Numbered from the stretch's first letter, positions 41,791 through 52,717 are shown. The stretch: 64,000 bases of DNA from Sedimentisphaerales bacterium (GCA_963666285.1 OY762711.1); one strand, 5' to 3'. The notes: generated by a model not told the origin, from the letters alone. Numbers and translations: made by a program.

Positions 41791-43692
41791 ATGTATGATA
41801 TAATTAAATATTTTTTATTGTTTGTATTGACAGCTTTACCAGGAATTGCCGCTGCGCAATATCCGGGAACTTATACTGCCGACTCTGACACCTTGCATTT
41901 GTATCATTTTGATTCAGATGGAAGCGATTCGGTTGGTTCATTAAACCTGACAATTGCCGATGGTGCCTCACTTGAATCTTCAATAAACGGCTTTGGCAAT
42001 GCCGTAAACACCTATGACGGCACTACAGGTTCCAGCCCCTACGCTGGCGACACTGTCAATAAAACACTAATTTCCAATTTAGTCGGCTCTGATGGTGCTT
42101 TTACCTTTGAAGCTATTGTTAAACCAATGGTAAGTCAGAGCTCGATACCTAACCACATGGAAATTATTTCTCTGGAAGACAGCGACGGTAACAGTGAACG
42201 AGGGTTCCAGTTCCGCATCAATACCGATGGCACACTGAGATTTCAAACTCTTGCAGGAATTGTCACTAATTTCAATTCTGCTATCACATTTACCGCTGGA
42301 ACATGGTATCATGTGGCTGTAACATATAATGGCCAGGAAAACACCACCGATAACTTAAAACTATATTGGACGGAAATCGATGCCAACTCTACCGTTCAGC
42401 AAGTTGGTTCTTTCCAGCTTTCTGCAGACCTTACCTCAGATGTTGATGGTTATTTCGCTGTCGGCAACGAGCTGAGAGCAACCGGTGGTTATTCGGAAAA
42501 TTTTGAAGGAGTTATCGACGAGGTACGCATCAGCCAGGTTGCCCGTACTGAATCTGAATTGTTATATATCTTATATGAAGGCTTACCTTCTATAATTGAA
42601 CATCCGGAAAATATCAAATGCCAGGCAGGGCAAACTGCATCATTAGAATGTCGCTTTACCGCGGAAACACTGGGCCGGGCAAACTGGTATAAGTCAGATG
42701 ATACGGAAGACTTAATGCTTCAGAATACCGATACAAATATTTCCATCTCTCTGGATTATGATACTGACACTATGGAATATACCTCATCTCTGACTATAGA
42801 TAACTGTGAAATTTCAGATATGGGCAATTATTATCTTGCCGTCAGCAATGATTCCGACCAGGTAATATATTCAAATAAGGCAGCATTGACCGTTCAAGGC
42901 CTCTTTGCTCACTGGACTCTCGATCAAACTGATTTCACTGGCACATATTATACCGAATCCATTGCCGGTAAAAATGCTGAAGTTGAATCTGTACCGGCAT
43001 TTACAATTGGTGCGAATCAGGAATCCAACGGAGCAGTAGAAATAAATTCTACTGGCGGATGGGCTGTAGCAGATTCTGATAACTCAATCGTCCTGCCCAA
43101 TACTTTTACTATCTCTTTCTGGGCTAACTGGCAGGACCAGACCAACACCGGCGATGATTTGTATATTGATTCCGGCATCGGAAATAAAATATCTATTGCA
43201 AATGGTATTAAATCACAAACCTGGCAGCATATATGTACCGTATTTGAAGATAATACCTGCAAACTTTATATCGACGGGATTCTTACCGCCCAGTCCGAAT
43301 GGGACATCCCCCAGGAAATGACTGCCGAACTCTATATTGGCAGTGCTGAAATGGGAACCGAAATATTTAACGGCCAACTGGATGATATTCGAATATATAA
43401 TTATGCCATGAATGATACCGAAGTTGCTCAATTGAGATTTGATTTTGCCGCGTTGCGTTCCTGTATTAACTCATACAGCAGCAGCGTTGACTGGTCCGGC
43501 CCGCAAAATACCCCGGATTGCAAAATTGACATCTATGACTTAGATGCCTTTGCTGGTCAGTATCTGGGTACAAATGAATTATATGATATCTCAGGACCTG
43601 GCAGCCGGCCTGATGGAATAGTAAGCCTTTTTGATTTTGCTCAACTATCTTTTGCATGGCTGGATTGCGGATTATTCCCCAATTGCCTATAA
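41791..43692 (+). CDS. secreted LamG/Ig/LamG protein with two dockerin-like repeats
   Basis: N-terminal LamG domain closely paralogous to that of the 36809 gene; DCKIDIYDLDAF and DGIVSLFDFAQLSFAWL. Confidence 0.85.
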   Translation: MYDIIKYFLLFVLTALPGIAAAQYPGTYTADSDTLHLYHFDSDGSDSVGSLNLTIADGASLESSINGFGNAVNTYDGTTGSSPYAGDTVNKTLISNLVGSDGAFTFEAIVKPMVSQSSIPNHMEIISLEDSDGNSERGFQFRINTDGTLRFQTLAGIVTNFNSAITFTAGTWYHVAVTYNGQENTTDNLKLYWTEIDANSTVQQVGSFQLSADLTSDVDGYFAVGNELRATGGYSENFEGVIDEVRISQVARTESELLYILYEGLPSIIEHPENIKCQAGQTASLECRFTAETLGRANWYKSDDTEDLMLQNTDTNISISLDYDTDTMEYTSSLTIDNCEISDMGNYYLAVSNDSDQVIYSNKAALTVQGLFAHWTLDQTDFTGTYYTESIAGKNAEVESVPAFTIGANQESNGAVEINSTGGWAVADSDNSIVLPNTFTISFWANWQDQTNTGDDLYIDSGIGNKISIANGIKSQTWQHICTVFEDNTCKLYIDGILTAQSEWDIPQEMTAELYIGSAEMGTEIFNGQLDDIRIYNYAMNDTEVAQLRFDFAALRSCINSYSSSVDWSGPQNTPDCKIDIYDLDAFAGQYLGTNELYDISGPGSRPDGIVSLFDFAQLSFAWLDCGLFPNCL

Positions 43693-43697
43693 TACCT

Positions 43698-43757
43698 AAG
43701 TCAACTTCCGCAGTTTTTAAGTTGCATAAGTCGCCCAAAAGGGCCTTTCTGCAAAAC
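43698..43757 (+). repeat. dispersed repeat R1, intact copy
   Basis: AAGTCAACTTCCGCAGTTTTTAAGTTGCATAAGTCGCCCAAAAGGGCCTTTCTGCAA. Confidence 0.8.
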
Positions 43758-43786
43758 CGAACTCTAATTGAAAGGATTATATAATA

Positions 43787-45957
43787 GTGAAAATTTCTAC
43801 ATCTTTGATAATATGTCTGTTGATTACTATTACTGCCATCCAAAGCTCTCTATTTGCACTTCCCGCCCCTACCGGCTTGATGTGTGAGCTGCTGGCTAAC
43901 CCTGAAGTAACAACTATCGGCGATTCTGATCCTGAATTCTCATGGATTATGAATTCTAACCTGACCGGAGATTACCAAACCGCGTATCAGGTTATGGTCG
44001 CTTCAAGTACTGCTTTACTTGACCTGGATAATCCGGATTTATGGAATAGCGATAAGGTAGTTGATAATATTTCAATTAATGTTGCTTATAATGGAACCGA
44101 TTTATCTGCCCAAAGTACATACTTCTGGAAAGTGCGTATCTGGAACAATCTGGACCAGGTTTCTAGCTGGTCTGAAATACAGGAATTCCATACTGGCTCT
44201 GCCCTGTCTGACTACAATACCGCACGCTATAGCCAGGTCGGATCACAGATTGCTCCTGTAAGTGTAACTTCCATTGAAGAAGGAAGATACCTGGTTGATT
44301 TTGGCAAAGATGCCTTTGGCTATATCATATGGACAATTCCCAACCAGGCAATACGGATTGGAACTGAGACTGAAACAATATTAAAGGTTAAACCTTCACT
44401 ATCTGATTCTATATCTGATGGCTCCGTTCAATTTCATTTCGGTGAAAAACTGGAAGACGGCATAGTTGACCGTTCACCCGGTGGCACAATAAGGTACTAC
44501 CAGACATCTGTCTCTCTCGACGGATCTGAACAATACGAATCCACCCGCCTGGAACTACCACCGGTATCCAGATCCCCTCAGAATTTGGACGTATTGCACC
44601 TTTCCGCTACCTCGAAATTGTCGATTGTCCATACTCTGTTTCTGCCGCTGACATCCGCCAGGTTTCCGTACATTATCCTTTTGACGATAATGCCGCTTCT
44701 TTTTCATGCGACAATCAGTATTTAAATGATGTTTGGGAATTGTGTAAATACAGTATCAAACCTACCAGCTTCTGTGCGGTATATGTCGATGGTGACCGGG
44801 AACGCAAGCCTTATGAGGCTGATGCCTATATCAACCAGCTCTGTCATTATAGCGTTGACCGTGAATTCTCTCTGGCACGATATTCTCACGAATATCTGCT
44901 CTCTCATCCTACCTGGCCGACCGAGTGGAAACAACATTCTATCATGATGGCATGGGCCGATTATCTTTACACTGGCAACAGTGAATCATTGGCCCAGAAT
45001 TACGACACGCTCAAAGACAGTAAGCTTCTTTACCAATACGCCCGAACAGATGGCCTGTTAGACACTGACGGCCTTCAGGACATCGTTGACTGGCCTTCCG
45101 GCGAACGCGATGGCTATGTCTTCAAATCAGTCAATACGGTTGTTAACGCTTTTTATTATCACACTCTTATACTTATGCAGCAGATAGCTGAAACTCTTGG
45201 CAACACCACCGATGCCCAGCAGTTCGCTCAGGACGCAGAACTGGTATACCAGTCCTTCCAGACAGTACTTTTCAATTCTGATACCGGGTTATATACTGAT
45301 GGTGAAGGCACTACCCATTCGTCTCTTCATGCCAATATGTTCCCGCTCGCTTTCGGGCTGGTACCGGACGACAAGCTGGATACTGTTGCTGATTTTGTCA
45401 CATCCAAAGAAATGGCATGTAGTGTTTATGGTGCTCAATATCTGCTGGAAGCCCTGTTTTTAGCCGGCCGCGAACAGGCTGCCTTTGACCTAATGGCCTC
45501 TACTGGTTCGAGAAGCTGGACCAATATGATGCTCGAAGGGTCCACTATTACTTTGGAAGCATGGGGGATCGCCTATAAATCAAATTTAGACTGGAACCAT
45601 GCCTGGGGTGCTGCTCCGGCAAATATTATCCCTCGTTTTATTGCCGGCATACGCCCGCTGGAACCTGGTTTTGCACACGCTTTGATTCAGCCTCAACCTG
45701 CGTCACTCAACCAGTTCAGTACTCAAATACCTACAATACGTGGTGATATTACTTTATCTGTGACCAAACAGACTGACAATTGCTCTTTCCAAATCGTAAT
45801 ACCGGCTAATATGACTGCCAGGTTTGTAATTCCAGTAAACTGTGAAGGATATTCAATTATTTCACTCGATGGAACAACGGTCACCCCACAGCAAAATGGC
45901 TCGTTAAGATTCATTGATCCGATAGTATCCGGCACCCACACTATTATCTGCCAATAA
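43787..45957 (+). pseudogene. alpha-L-rhamnosidase (GH78) split by one frameshift
   Basis: YFWKVRIW, VDFGK, DGDRERKPYEAD and WNHAWG motifs; adding one A at 44538-44539 restores EIHPPG...PFRYLE. Confidence 0.85.
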
Positions 45958-45986
45958 CATAGTATGCCGCTTTGCGACAATCATTC

Positions 45987-46022
45987 CCTAATACCTTTCA
46001 AACTGGCATCGATCAGTTTGAG
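45987..46022. repeat. repeat R3 hairpin (second copy at 55937-55973)
   Basis: CCTAATACCTTTCAAACTG-N-CAGTTTGAG in both copies. Confidence 0.7.
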
Positions 46023-46034
46023 CTATTTAAAATG

Positions 46035-46076
46035 AAAATACCCTTTGCATCACACTTCGAATGCAAAGGGTATTTT
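46035..46076. terminator. bidirectional terminator hairpin
   Basis: AAAATACCCTTTGCAT-N-ATGCAAAGGGTATTTT between convergent genes. Confidence 0.8.
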
Positions 46077-46188
46077 ACTAAAATGTCTGTTATTCGATAC
46101 CTAACCCCAAAACATATCTTTTGTATTATTTCGAGATTAGTTCTAGAGCACTCCTATTTAAGAGTGTCTCTGAAAATTACTTTTAATA

Positions 46189-47946
46189 TTAAAATTCAGT
46201 TGCAGAGCCGTTACTGCCGCCCATCTGCATTCCCATAAAGGATTGTGCAATTGACTTAACCGCGTCAACAAATGTCTCTACTGTTTCCATGCTCACATAA
46301 CATGTTTCACGAACATAGCCGTCTTCTAGCACAACCGCACTGGCTCCGTATCCTTTTACACTTGAACTTAGTGTTTCCATAACCGGACCCATCATTGCTG
46401 CCTGCATCGCCATCGCCGGATCCTGTTTGGCCATTTCCTGGGTCTGGGCATTCATAGCTGCTCCAACATAGTCAAACATATTACTGATATCAGCGATAAA
46501 ATAAATATTGGCTGAATCCGGCATCTTGCCTGCAACTTTCATAAATCCGTCATTACCTTTCAGTGTTTTTTCGCTTCTTGACAGTGTAATCGCCTCTGAA
46601 AGGGCTGCTTTGTCCATTGTCTGAACATACATACCTGATTTGCTTTGGCCAAAATACAGGTCAACTTCAGTCTTAAACACTTCACCGTTTCCGGTTGGAA
46701 GCGGCTGACCTATGGTATATTTCAAATTAGAATAGGTTACACCGTCAACTTTACCGGCTTCTGGTTCGAATGTATTAACCTCAAAGAAACTCTGAAACTT
46801 CTTGTCGGCAAAATTACTGATCATATCATCTACACTCTTCTTATCGAGCTCTGTTTTTGTCAGTGTCATAGCTGCAGCTTCTGGGGCTATTCCTTCTGTT
46901 GTTGTAATATATTCCCCCTGCACATGAGTACCGATCTTGTCTGAATACTTGTCAAACATTTCTGCTATAGTCACATTAATATCTGTCAAAAACTCATCTA
47001 AACCGTCAATTTTACCTTGGGTCGCCATAGCTACTATATTCAGGATAAAACTATACATGTCCTTCAATACCGCTGGATCAAGACTTACAGAAGTCATTGT
47101 CATTAGATTGCCGTCAGGCATAGCTGCCAGGTCATCAATTGATGTCTGCTTATATGGCTTCAAGGCATTCGATAACGAACCGCCAGGCATATAAAACATA
47201 TTTGCTGTTGTCTTAAATCCACCATCCTCAACATCAATTGCCAAAGACAGTTTATTGATCTCGGTTACGGAATTTATGATCTCCTGAATTTTTCCTACCA
47301 GCTCCGGCTGACTCTGCAATTCTGGAACACTTGCCAGCCCCAGTGGAACCATTGATTTTGCCATTATCATAACATTTGTCAGGTTGGCATATACCGATAT
47401 ATCTGAACTTGACATATCAGACGCTACTACATCAGGCACACTCATACCTGCTGAGCTTGCTGCCGCCATCTTAAGGTTAGCTTCGTTACTGGCTACCATC
47501 AGGTAGTTGCCTTTAGCGGTCATAAAGCCGTCATAATCGAATTTATACAACCCGCTTTCAAGCTTCTCGCTTCCGGAGGCTTCTATTACTGACTGAGGGT
47601 CATTTACCGGCAAATATACCAGTAATGCTTTCTCTCCTGCCATAAATGATGTCATGGCAAAACAGAATGGGCGTGATTTGTCCAGGGCTAATCCTTCTGA
47701 CAGGCCGATATCATCTGATAATTCTCCTACGATTGTGTCTATTGATACTTCCTCTGGCAGACCAAATTTCTGTACAATATCACCTAATTTAGAGTCCAGG
47801 TCAGATAATTTCCCGGAAACAACAACCAGTTCTGCTGTCGATGGCACCAGATTCAATACATCCGGACCCGCTCCGCAAACTGCAACACTTAAAACCATTA
47901 AAAGTGTTAAAGTTATTTTTGACAATAGTTTACACATAAACATCAT
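46189..47946 (-). CDS. secreted hypothetical protein
   Basis: 585-aa ORF with signal peptide and AGGAG RBS. Confidence 0.75.
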   Translation of the reverse strand: MMFMCKLLSKITLTLLMVLSVAVCGAGPDVLNLVPSTAELVVVSGKLSDLDSKLGDIVQKFGLPEEVSIDTIVGELSDDIGLSEGLALDKSRPFCFAMTSFMAGEKALLVYLPVNDPQSVIEASGSEKLESGLYKFDYDGFMTAKGNYLMVASNEANLKMAAASSAGMSVPDVVASDMSSSDISVYANLTNVMIMAKSMVPLGLASVPELQSQPELVGKIQEIINSVTEINKLSLAIDVEDGGFKTTANMFYMPGGSLSNALKPYKQTSIDDLAAMPDGNLMTMTSVSLDPAVLKDMYSFILNIVAMATQGKIDGLDEFLTDINVTIAEMFDKYSDKIGTHVQGEYITTTEGIAPEAAAMTLTKTELDKKSVDDMISNFADKKFQSFFEVNTFEPEAGKVDGVTYSNLKYTIGQPLPTGNGEVFKTEVDLYFGQSKSGMYVQTMDKAALSEAITLSRSEKTLKGNDGFMKVAGKMPDSANIYFIADISNMFDYVGAAMNAQTQEMAKQDPAMAMQAAMMGPVMETLSSSVKGYGASAVVLEDGYVRETCYVSMETVETFVDAVKSIAQSFMGMQMGGSNGSATEF

Positions 47947-48076
47947 ACATCTCCTTGATAAATTAAAAATACTATTGCTGCATGCACAATTGGATATTGT
48001 GCCTCAAATTATTATCCACATACACTTATACATCCGACCTGAATGACGGTTACAAAAAAAAATACTTATTATTATA

Positions 48077-49195
48077 TCACTTCATCCTTTCCAAGCCGGC
48101 TGCCAGCACCGACCTTGGACAGCCGAAATTCAGCCTGACATAACCTGGCATGTCAAATAATTTACCGTCTGACAAACCTACCCCTTTATCTTCAAACCAG
48201 CTGATAGGATTATCTGTCCCCAACTCTCTGCAGTCAATCCAGCAAAGATATGATGCCTCAGGATTTGTGCATTTCAAACCGGGAATCTTACGGATTTCCT
48301 CTACCGCAAAATCACGGTTCGCGGTCAGATATTCCAGTAGTTCCTCACGCCATGGTTCACAATACTTATACGCCGCATAAGCCGCCACATAACCCATTGT
48401 ATTAGGAAATGACGATATCTTTTCAACTATCGTACGATATTTTTGCCGCAGCTGCTGGTTTGATATTATCGCAAATCCTGTCATAAACCCTGCTATATTA
48501 AAGGTTTTCGATGCTGACATCATTGTTATCGTCCTGTCCTGAACCTCTTCATTCAAAGACGCTATCGGTATATGCTTGTTGCCGCCTAATACTATCTCAC
48601 AATGGATCTCATCACTTACTATCGGCAGATCATTCCTCAAACATATATCTGCCAACTTCTCCAGCTCAGCCCGGTTATATACCCTGCCGCTGGGATTATG
48701 GGGGTTACAGAACATCAGTAACGCAGTCTTATCGTTTACAGAATTCTCAAAACGGTCAAAATCTATTTCATAATATTCACTGTTATTAATCATCGGTACT
48801 GCACTTGACTTACAATAACATACCTCAGGAATCTCCAGAAATGGTGGGTATATCGGCGTAAACATCGATACTTCCTGACCCGGCAAACATAAACCCCTTA
48901 TTGCACATACAAGGCCTGATACCAGCCCGGCAGAAAATACTATCCAGTCTGGCTTGATCCGCCACTTATACAGATTCCACATTCGCTCCACTATCTGTTC
49001 TCGAAGCTTATCCTGAACTGTTGTATAGCCAAATATTTTATGTTCGATTCGGGCTTTGATGGCTTCGATAACTGGTTCCGGCAAAGCAAAATCCATATCT
49101 GCTACCCACATCGGAATTATATCTCGACCTTTATATTTGTCTATTTTTACTGCACCTGTTTCAGAACGATCTATTACTGTATCAAAATCAAACAT
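48077..49195 (-). CDS. MalY/PatB family PLP-dependent C-S lyase
   Basis: IPMWVADMDF, CNPHNPSGR, SDEIH and SASKTFNIAG motifs. Confidence 0.93.
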   Translation of the reverse strand: MFDFDTVIDRSETGAVKIDKYKGRDIIPMWVADMDFALPEPVIEAIKARIEHKIFGYTTVQDKLREQIVERMWNLYKWRIKPDWIVFSAGLVSGLVCAIRGLCLPGQEVSMFTPIYPPFLEIPEVCYCKSSAVPMINNSEYYEIDFDRFENSVNDKTALLMFCNPHNPSGRVYNRAELEKLADICLRNDLPIVSDEIHCEIVLGGNKHIPIASLNEEVQDRTITMMSASKTFNIAGFMTGFAIISNQQLRQKYRTIVEKISSFPNTMGYVAAYAAYKYCEPWREELLEYLTANRDFAVEEIRKIPGLKCTNPEASYLCWIDCRELGTDNPISWFEDKGVGLSDGKLFDMPGYVRLNFGCPRSVLAAGLERMK

Positions 49196-49330
49196 TTTTT
49201 CTTTCTCTCTCGAACATCCTTAAATTAATACACTGGTTAAAAATATACGTTATTAGTAGTTATAGCATTTCCAATCATAAATTATCGAAAATTCCAGCCT
49301 GTCTCAGCATAAAGAGTTTTCCGATGGGTT

Positions 49331-50056
49331 CTAATTTCCAATAGTATCCATTTTCCATCTCCCGCCTGGCTCTGTCGCATAATATAACGTCAAATTTCGT
49401 ATATCTATTATATTAGACGATACCGTCACCAGGCCTCCGGACGCATCTGTCATCCAGATTCCCGGATCAGCTCCCATATCATTCGGCAGCAAAACCGCCT
49501 GCAATTCTTCTCTACTTGGGTGTTCAATACCTTTTAAACGCCCGGCCGCATAGTCATAACGCTCAAAGGTGCTCATATGACCGGTTTTATAGCCTTCCTT
49601 ATCTGCATATTCAACATCACAAAAATGGTTTGTTACCACCTTTACACTGCCGCAAGTGCTAACCTCAATATTTTCTCCATACATCTCTACCAGCATAGCA
49701 CCTTCACGATCCGCTAAAATCACGTTATAACCCTGCCACGGCCCTTTTTGCTTCAAGATTTCTATCCACTGTCCCAAACCGGTTACTTCCGGCAGTGTCT
49801 CGGTCAACATCAGACTCGGCAGCTTCAGCTCACCTTCTTTATATTTATCCCTGTCACCCGGCCAGAATTTTGACTGCACCATCGCAGTCACAAAACCGCA
49901 GCCATGCTTGTTCAGCCCCCAACTGTAATGCTTATCACCAACCGTCTTACAGGCCATTATATTACCATCATTTATTATCTCCTCGACTTCTGGAGCCGCC
50001 TTATCCCTGTTCTTAAACATTATTCCTGCTTTCCTGAGATATCCAATTGTACACAT
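49331..50056 (-). CDS. N-terminal-nucleophile cysteine hydrolase-like protein (NRDE/C45-like)
   Basis: MCT start, KNRD, GLNKHG and VTNHF motifs. Confidence 0.7.
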   Translation of the reverse strand: MCTIGYLRKAGIMFKNRDKAAPEVEEIINDGNIMACKTVGDKHYSWGLNKHGCGFVTAMVQSKFWPGDRDKYKEGELKLPSLMLTETLPEVTGLGQWIEILKQKGPWQGYNVILADREGAMLVEMYGENIEVSTCGSVKVVTNHFCDVEYADKEGYKTGHMSTFERYDYAAGRLKGIEHPSREELQAVLLPNDMGADPGIWMTDASGGLVTVSSNIIDIRNLTLYYATEPGGRWKMDTIGN

Positions 50057-50285
50057 TTTTTATTCCTTCTTCGTTTTTCACTTAACTGGCCTGTTACGGC
50101 CTTTGCGAATAATGTTTACCTGTCAAAAAGTACACAAGCGTATTTGACAATTCTAACCGAAAAACAGATGGTTAGTAAAGAAAGAAACTCTTTCTGCAAT
50201 TTCAATCTCTGCAAAAAAATATCTCCTGGAAATAATAACAACTTTTTTTTAGAACTTCCCCTCAAGTTAACATTCGCAGTTTTTA

Positions 50286-50440
50286 GAGCACTTTAATATT
50301 TTCTGTTCCGATTTATGCCTCTGTGAGAACGAGGCTGACAAAGAAGAAAACAAAGTAATATTCATATATTGCTAGTATTTCTGATGAAGTCAGCCGAAAC
50401 CACAGCAAGCAAAAAACGAACATAAAATATTAAATTGCTC
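50286..50440 (+). mobile_element. palindromic MITE (155 bp) inserted at TA inside an R1 copy
   Basis: TIR GAGCACTTTAATATTTT / AAAATATTAAATTGCTC (16/17 match); TA at 50284-85 and 50441-42; removal restores R1. Confidence 0.88.
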
Positions 50441-50581
50441 TAAGTTGCAATAATCGCCTAAAAGGGCCCTCCCTACACACTATTTACACAAAAAAGGCCC
50501 GGAGCAAAAGCCCCAGGCCTAATCCTTTAATTACATACATGCCGCAGTATAAGTGCTATACTGCAAAACATTCAACAACCA

Positions 50582-52717
50582 TTAGTTATTATCATCATAG
50601 ATACGATGAGAATCCATCCAGGTTGCTGCAAAGATTGCCAAGTCAGGCAGGTCGATTACGCAGTTGCCATTGTAATCATAAGGTAATGATTCCTGGTCAT
50701 AATCACATACCCAGCCGCCTGCAATATCCATATAATCCTGAGCAACTTCTCCAGTAGTCAAAGCGTAGTTATAGATCTTAACTTCGTCAATCTTGCCATC
50801 GAAATACCTATCAACAGCAAACTGACTCTTGGCAAAATAGTTCAACTCAGGAGCAACATCAACAGGATCAATTGTTGTTTCCTCATTTACACCGGCAAGC
50901 TCGCCATTTGCATATACTTTTGCTGTATCTCCGGCAAGTGTGACGGCAAGATAGGTCCATTCTCCCTGAACAATGGAATATGAAGAGTCAACTATCTGCT
51001 CGTCGCCGCCATTGCGGATTACAAAACGAACTGTATCACTATCGCTTGGTGTCAGGAATACATAATGAGTTTCATCATTGCCAAAGTCCCACACACGCTG
51101 AAACGCAGAGTTACCTGTCCACTTAACCCAGCATGATACTGTCATATCGCCATAATTAACTGCACCGGCAGGAATCTGGCCATATACACCATTGGGATCA
51201 TTTTCAGAAGGATTAACAAAGCTTATACTGCTTGCACCCAGCTCGGCATCTACAACATCAGTATCTAAAACTGGAAGACCAATAGCTGCCTCATCATCAC
51301 TCATCAGAGCCATGTCCCAACCATCAACAGTATCAGGAGTAACTCCTTCACTGACAGATTCGATTGGATAATAGCTGACCAGCCTGGATACCATCGCACG
51401 GCCGGGACCGGTTTCTTCACAAGAAACAGAGCCCAGAAAATTTGATGCAACACAATAAAATACACCTTCATCAGCAGGCTGCATATCAAGAATCGTAAGA
51501 GTATCTGTTGTCACACCGGAATAATCAGCTCCATCTACCAGCGGAGCTGCTTCGCCAACCTTATACCACTGAAAATCAATAACATTGTAAATATTTACAA
51601 GAGTAAACACCAATGGAGAGCCCGGTTCTACAACCGCTATTTCCGGCACAACACTAAACGGAAGAATATTATCATTAATAGTTGTAAAACTGGAAACCGG
51701 GGTAGGAGAAACCACATTGGAATTTGAATCATAACCAATTACTTTCCAATAGTATTTAGTCAGATACTCCAGATCTTCAGTTAATTCGCCTTCCAGGTCA
51801 ATCGTATATTGCTCACCAGAAGTTACTGCCATACCTTCAACAATCTTATAACCTTCCCCACTAGGATCGGTAGATAAGTTAGGGTCTGGAAACGGTGCCA
51901 GCTGAACATCAACTGTAACAATCCTTGGATCCGAAACTGTAAATACCAGATCATTATCTGCTTTATCGGGTTCAACTCCAATATGTTCGGCACCATCAGC
52001 AGGTGAATTATTTTCTACTGTAAGAATCCTGATATTGTCAACTCCTATAAAGTTCCAGGAATCAATCGTCAATTCATACTGGTGTATACGAAGGAAAAGT
52101 TCGCCACTCCCAGCTGATGATAAATCAAACTGCCATACTTCTTCTTGCCCAGGATCACCGGTTGTCAATACAGATGTCTTGGTAACCTGGTCAACCACTG
52201 TTACACCTGACGCTCCAAAAATATCAAGAGCTGCTCCATTTTCCGGGGTAAAAGTACCATCTGATTCCAGAATTGTGAAAGTCAAACCAATTTCCAGTGG
52301 ATCCTCACCCTGGTCTGTTAGGCGAGCCCAATCAAACGCTATTTGGATGACAGTATCTCCAGCTTCCTTTGTGCCGATACTTTGATATGCCCAGTTATTT
52401 TGTAAATCTGTTCCTAAATCACCGGGATCAGGATTCGTATTGATATTATCAGCCTCTCCTGACAATACCAGAACACCACCTTCATTATAAGAGGCTCCGG
52501 CAATCTTTACCCAGGCATTATGCCAACTATATGAATGAATATACCAGCCTACTTTATTCACCTCAAAATCCCAGATATCGGCTGCTACAACAAGACCGTC
52601 TTCGTCATATTCCGTATTAGCCTCAAAATCTCCATTTGTAATCCCAAGCTCAGCTTTTAAAACACCGGCAAAACACATAACAAAACAAAACACAAGTAAC
52701 AAACCAACCTTTTTCAT
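50582..52717 (-). CDS. secreted Ig/LamG protein with dockerin-like C-terminus
   Basis: YYWKV, DEGVFYC, WTYLAVT, DEVKIYNYAL; YDYNGNCVIDLPDLAIFAATW. Confidence 0.85.
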   Translation of the reverse strand: MKKVGLLLVFCFVMCFAGVLKAELGITNGDFEANTEYDEDGLVVAADIWDFEVNKVGWYIHSYSWHNAWVKIAGASYNEGGVLVLSGEADNINTNPDPGDLGTDLQNNWAYQSIGTKEAGDTVIQIAFDWARLTDQGEDPLEIGLTFTILESDGTFTPENGAALDIFGASGVTVVDQVTKTSVLTTGDPGQEEVWQFDLSSAGSGELFLRIHQYELTIDSWNFIGVDNIRILTVENNSPADGAEHIGVEPDKADNDLVFTVSDPRIVTVDVQLAPFPDPNLSTDPSGEGYKIVEGMAVTSGEQYTIDLEGELTEDLEYLTKYYWKVIGYDSNSNVVSPTPVSSFTTINDNILPFSVVPEIAVVEPGSPLVFTLVNIYNVIDFQWYKVGEAAPLVDGADYSGVTTDTLTILDMQPADEGVFYCVASNFLGSVSCEETGPGRAMVSRLVSYYPIESVSEGVTPDTVDGWDMALMSDDEAAIGLPVLDTDVVDAELGASSISFVNPSENDPNGVYGQIPAGAVNYGDMTVSCWVKWTGNSAFQRVWDFGNDETHYVFLTPSDSDTVRFVIRNGGDEQIVDSSYSIVQGEWTYLAVTLAGDTAKVYANGELAGVNEETTIDPVDVAPELNYFAKSQFAVDRYFDGKIDEVKIYNYALTTGEVAQDYMDIAGGWVCDYDQESLPYDYNGNCVIDLPDLAIFAATWMDSHRIYDDNN

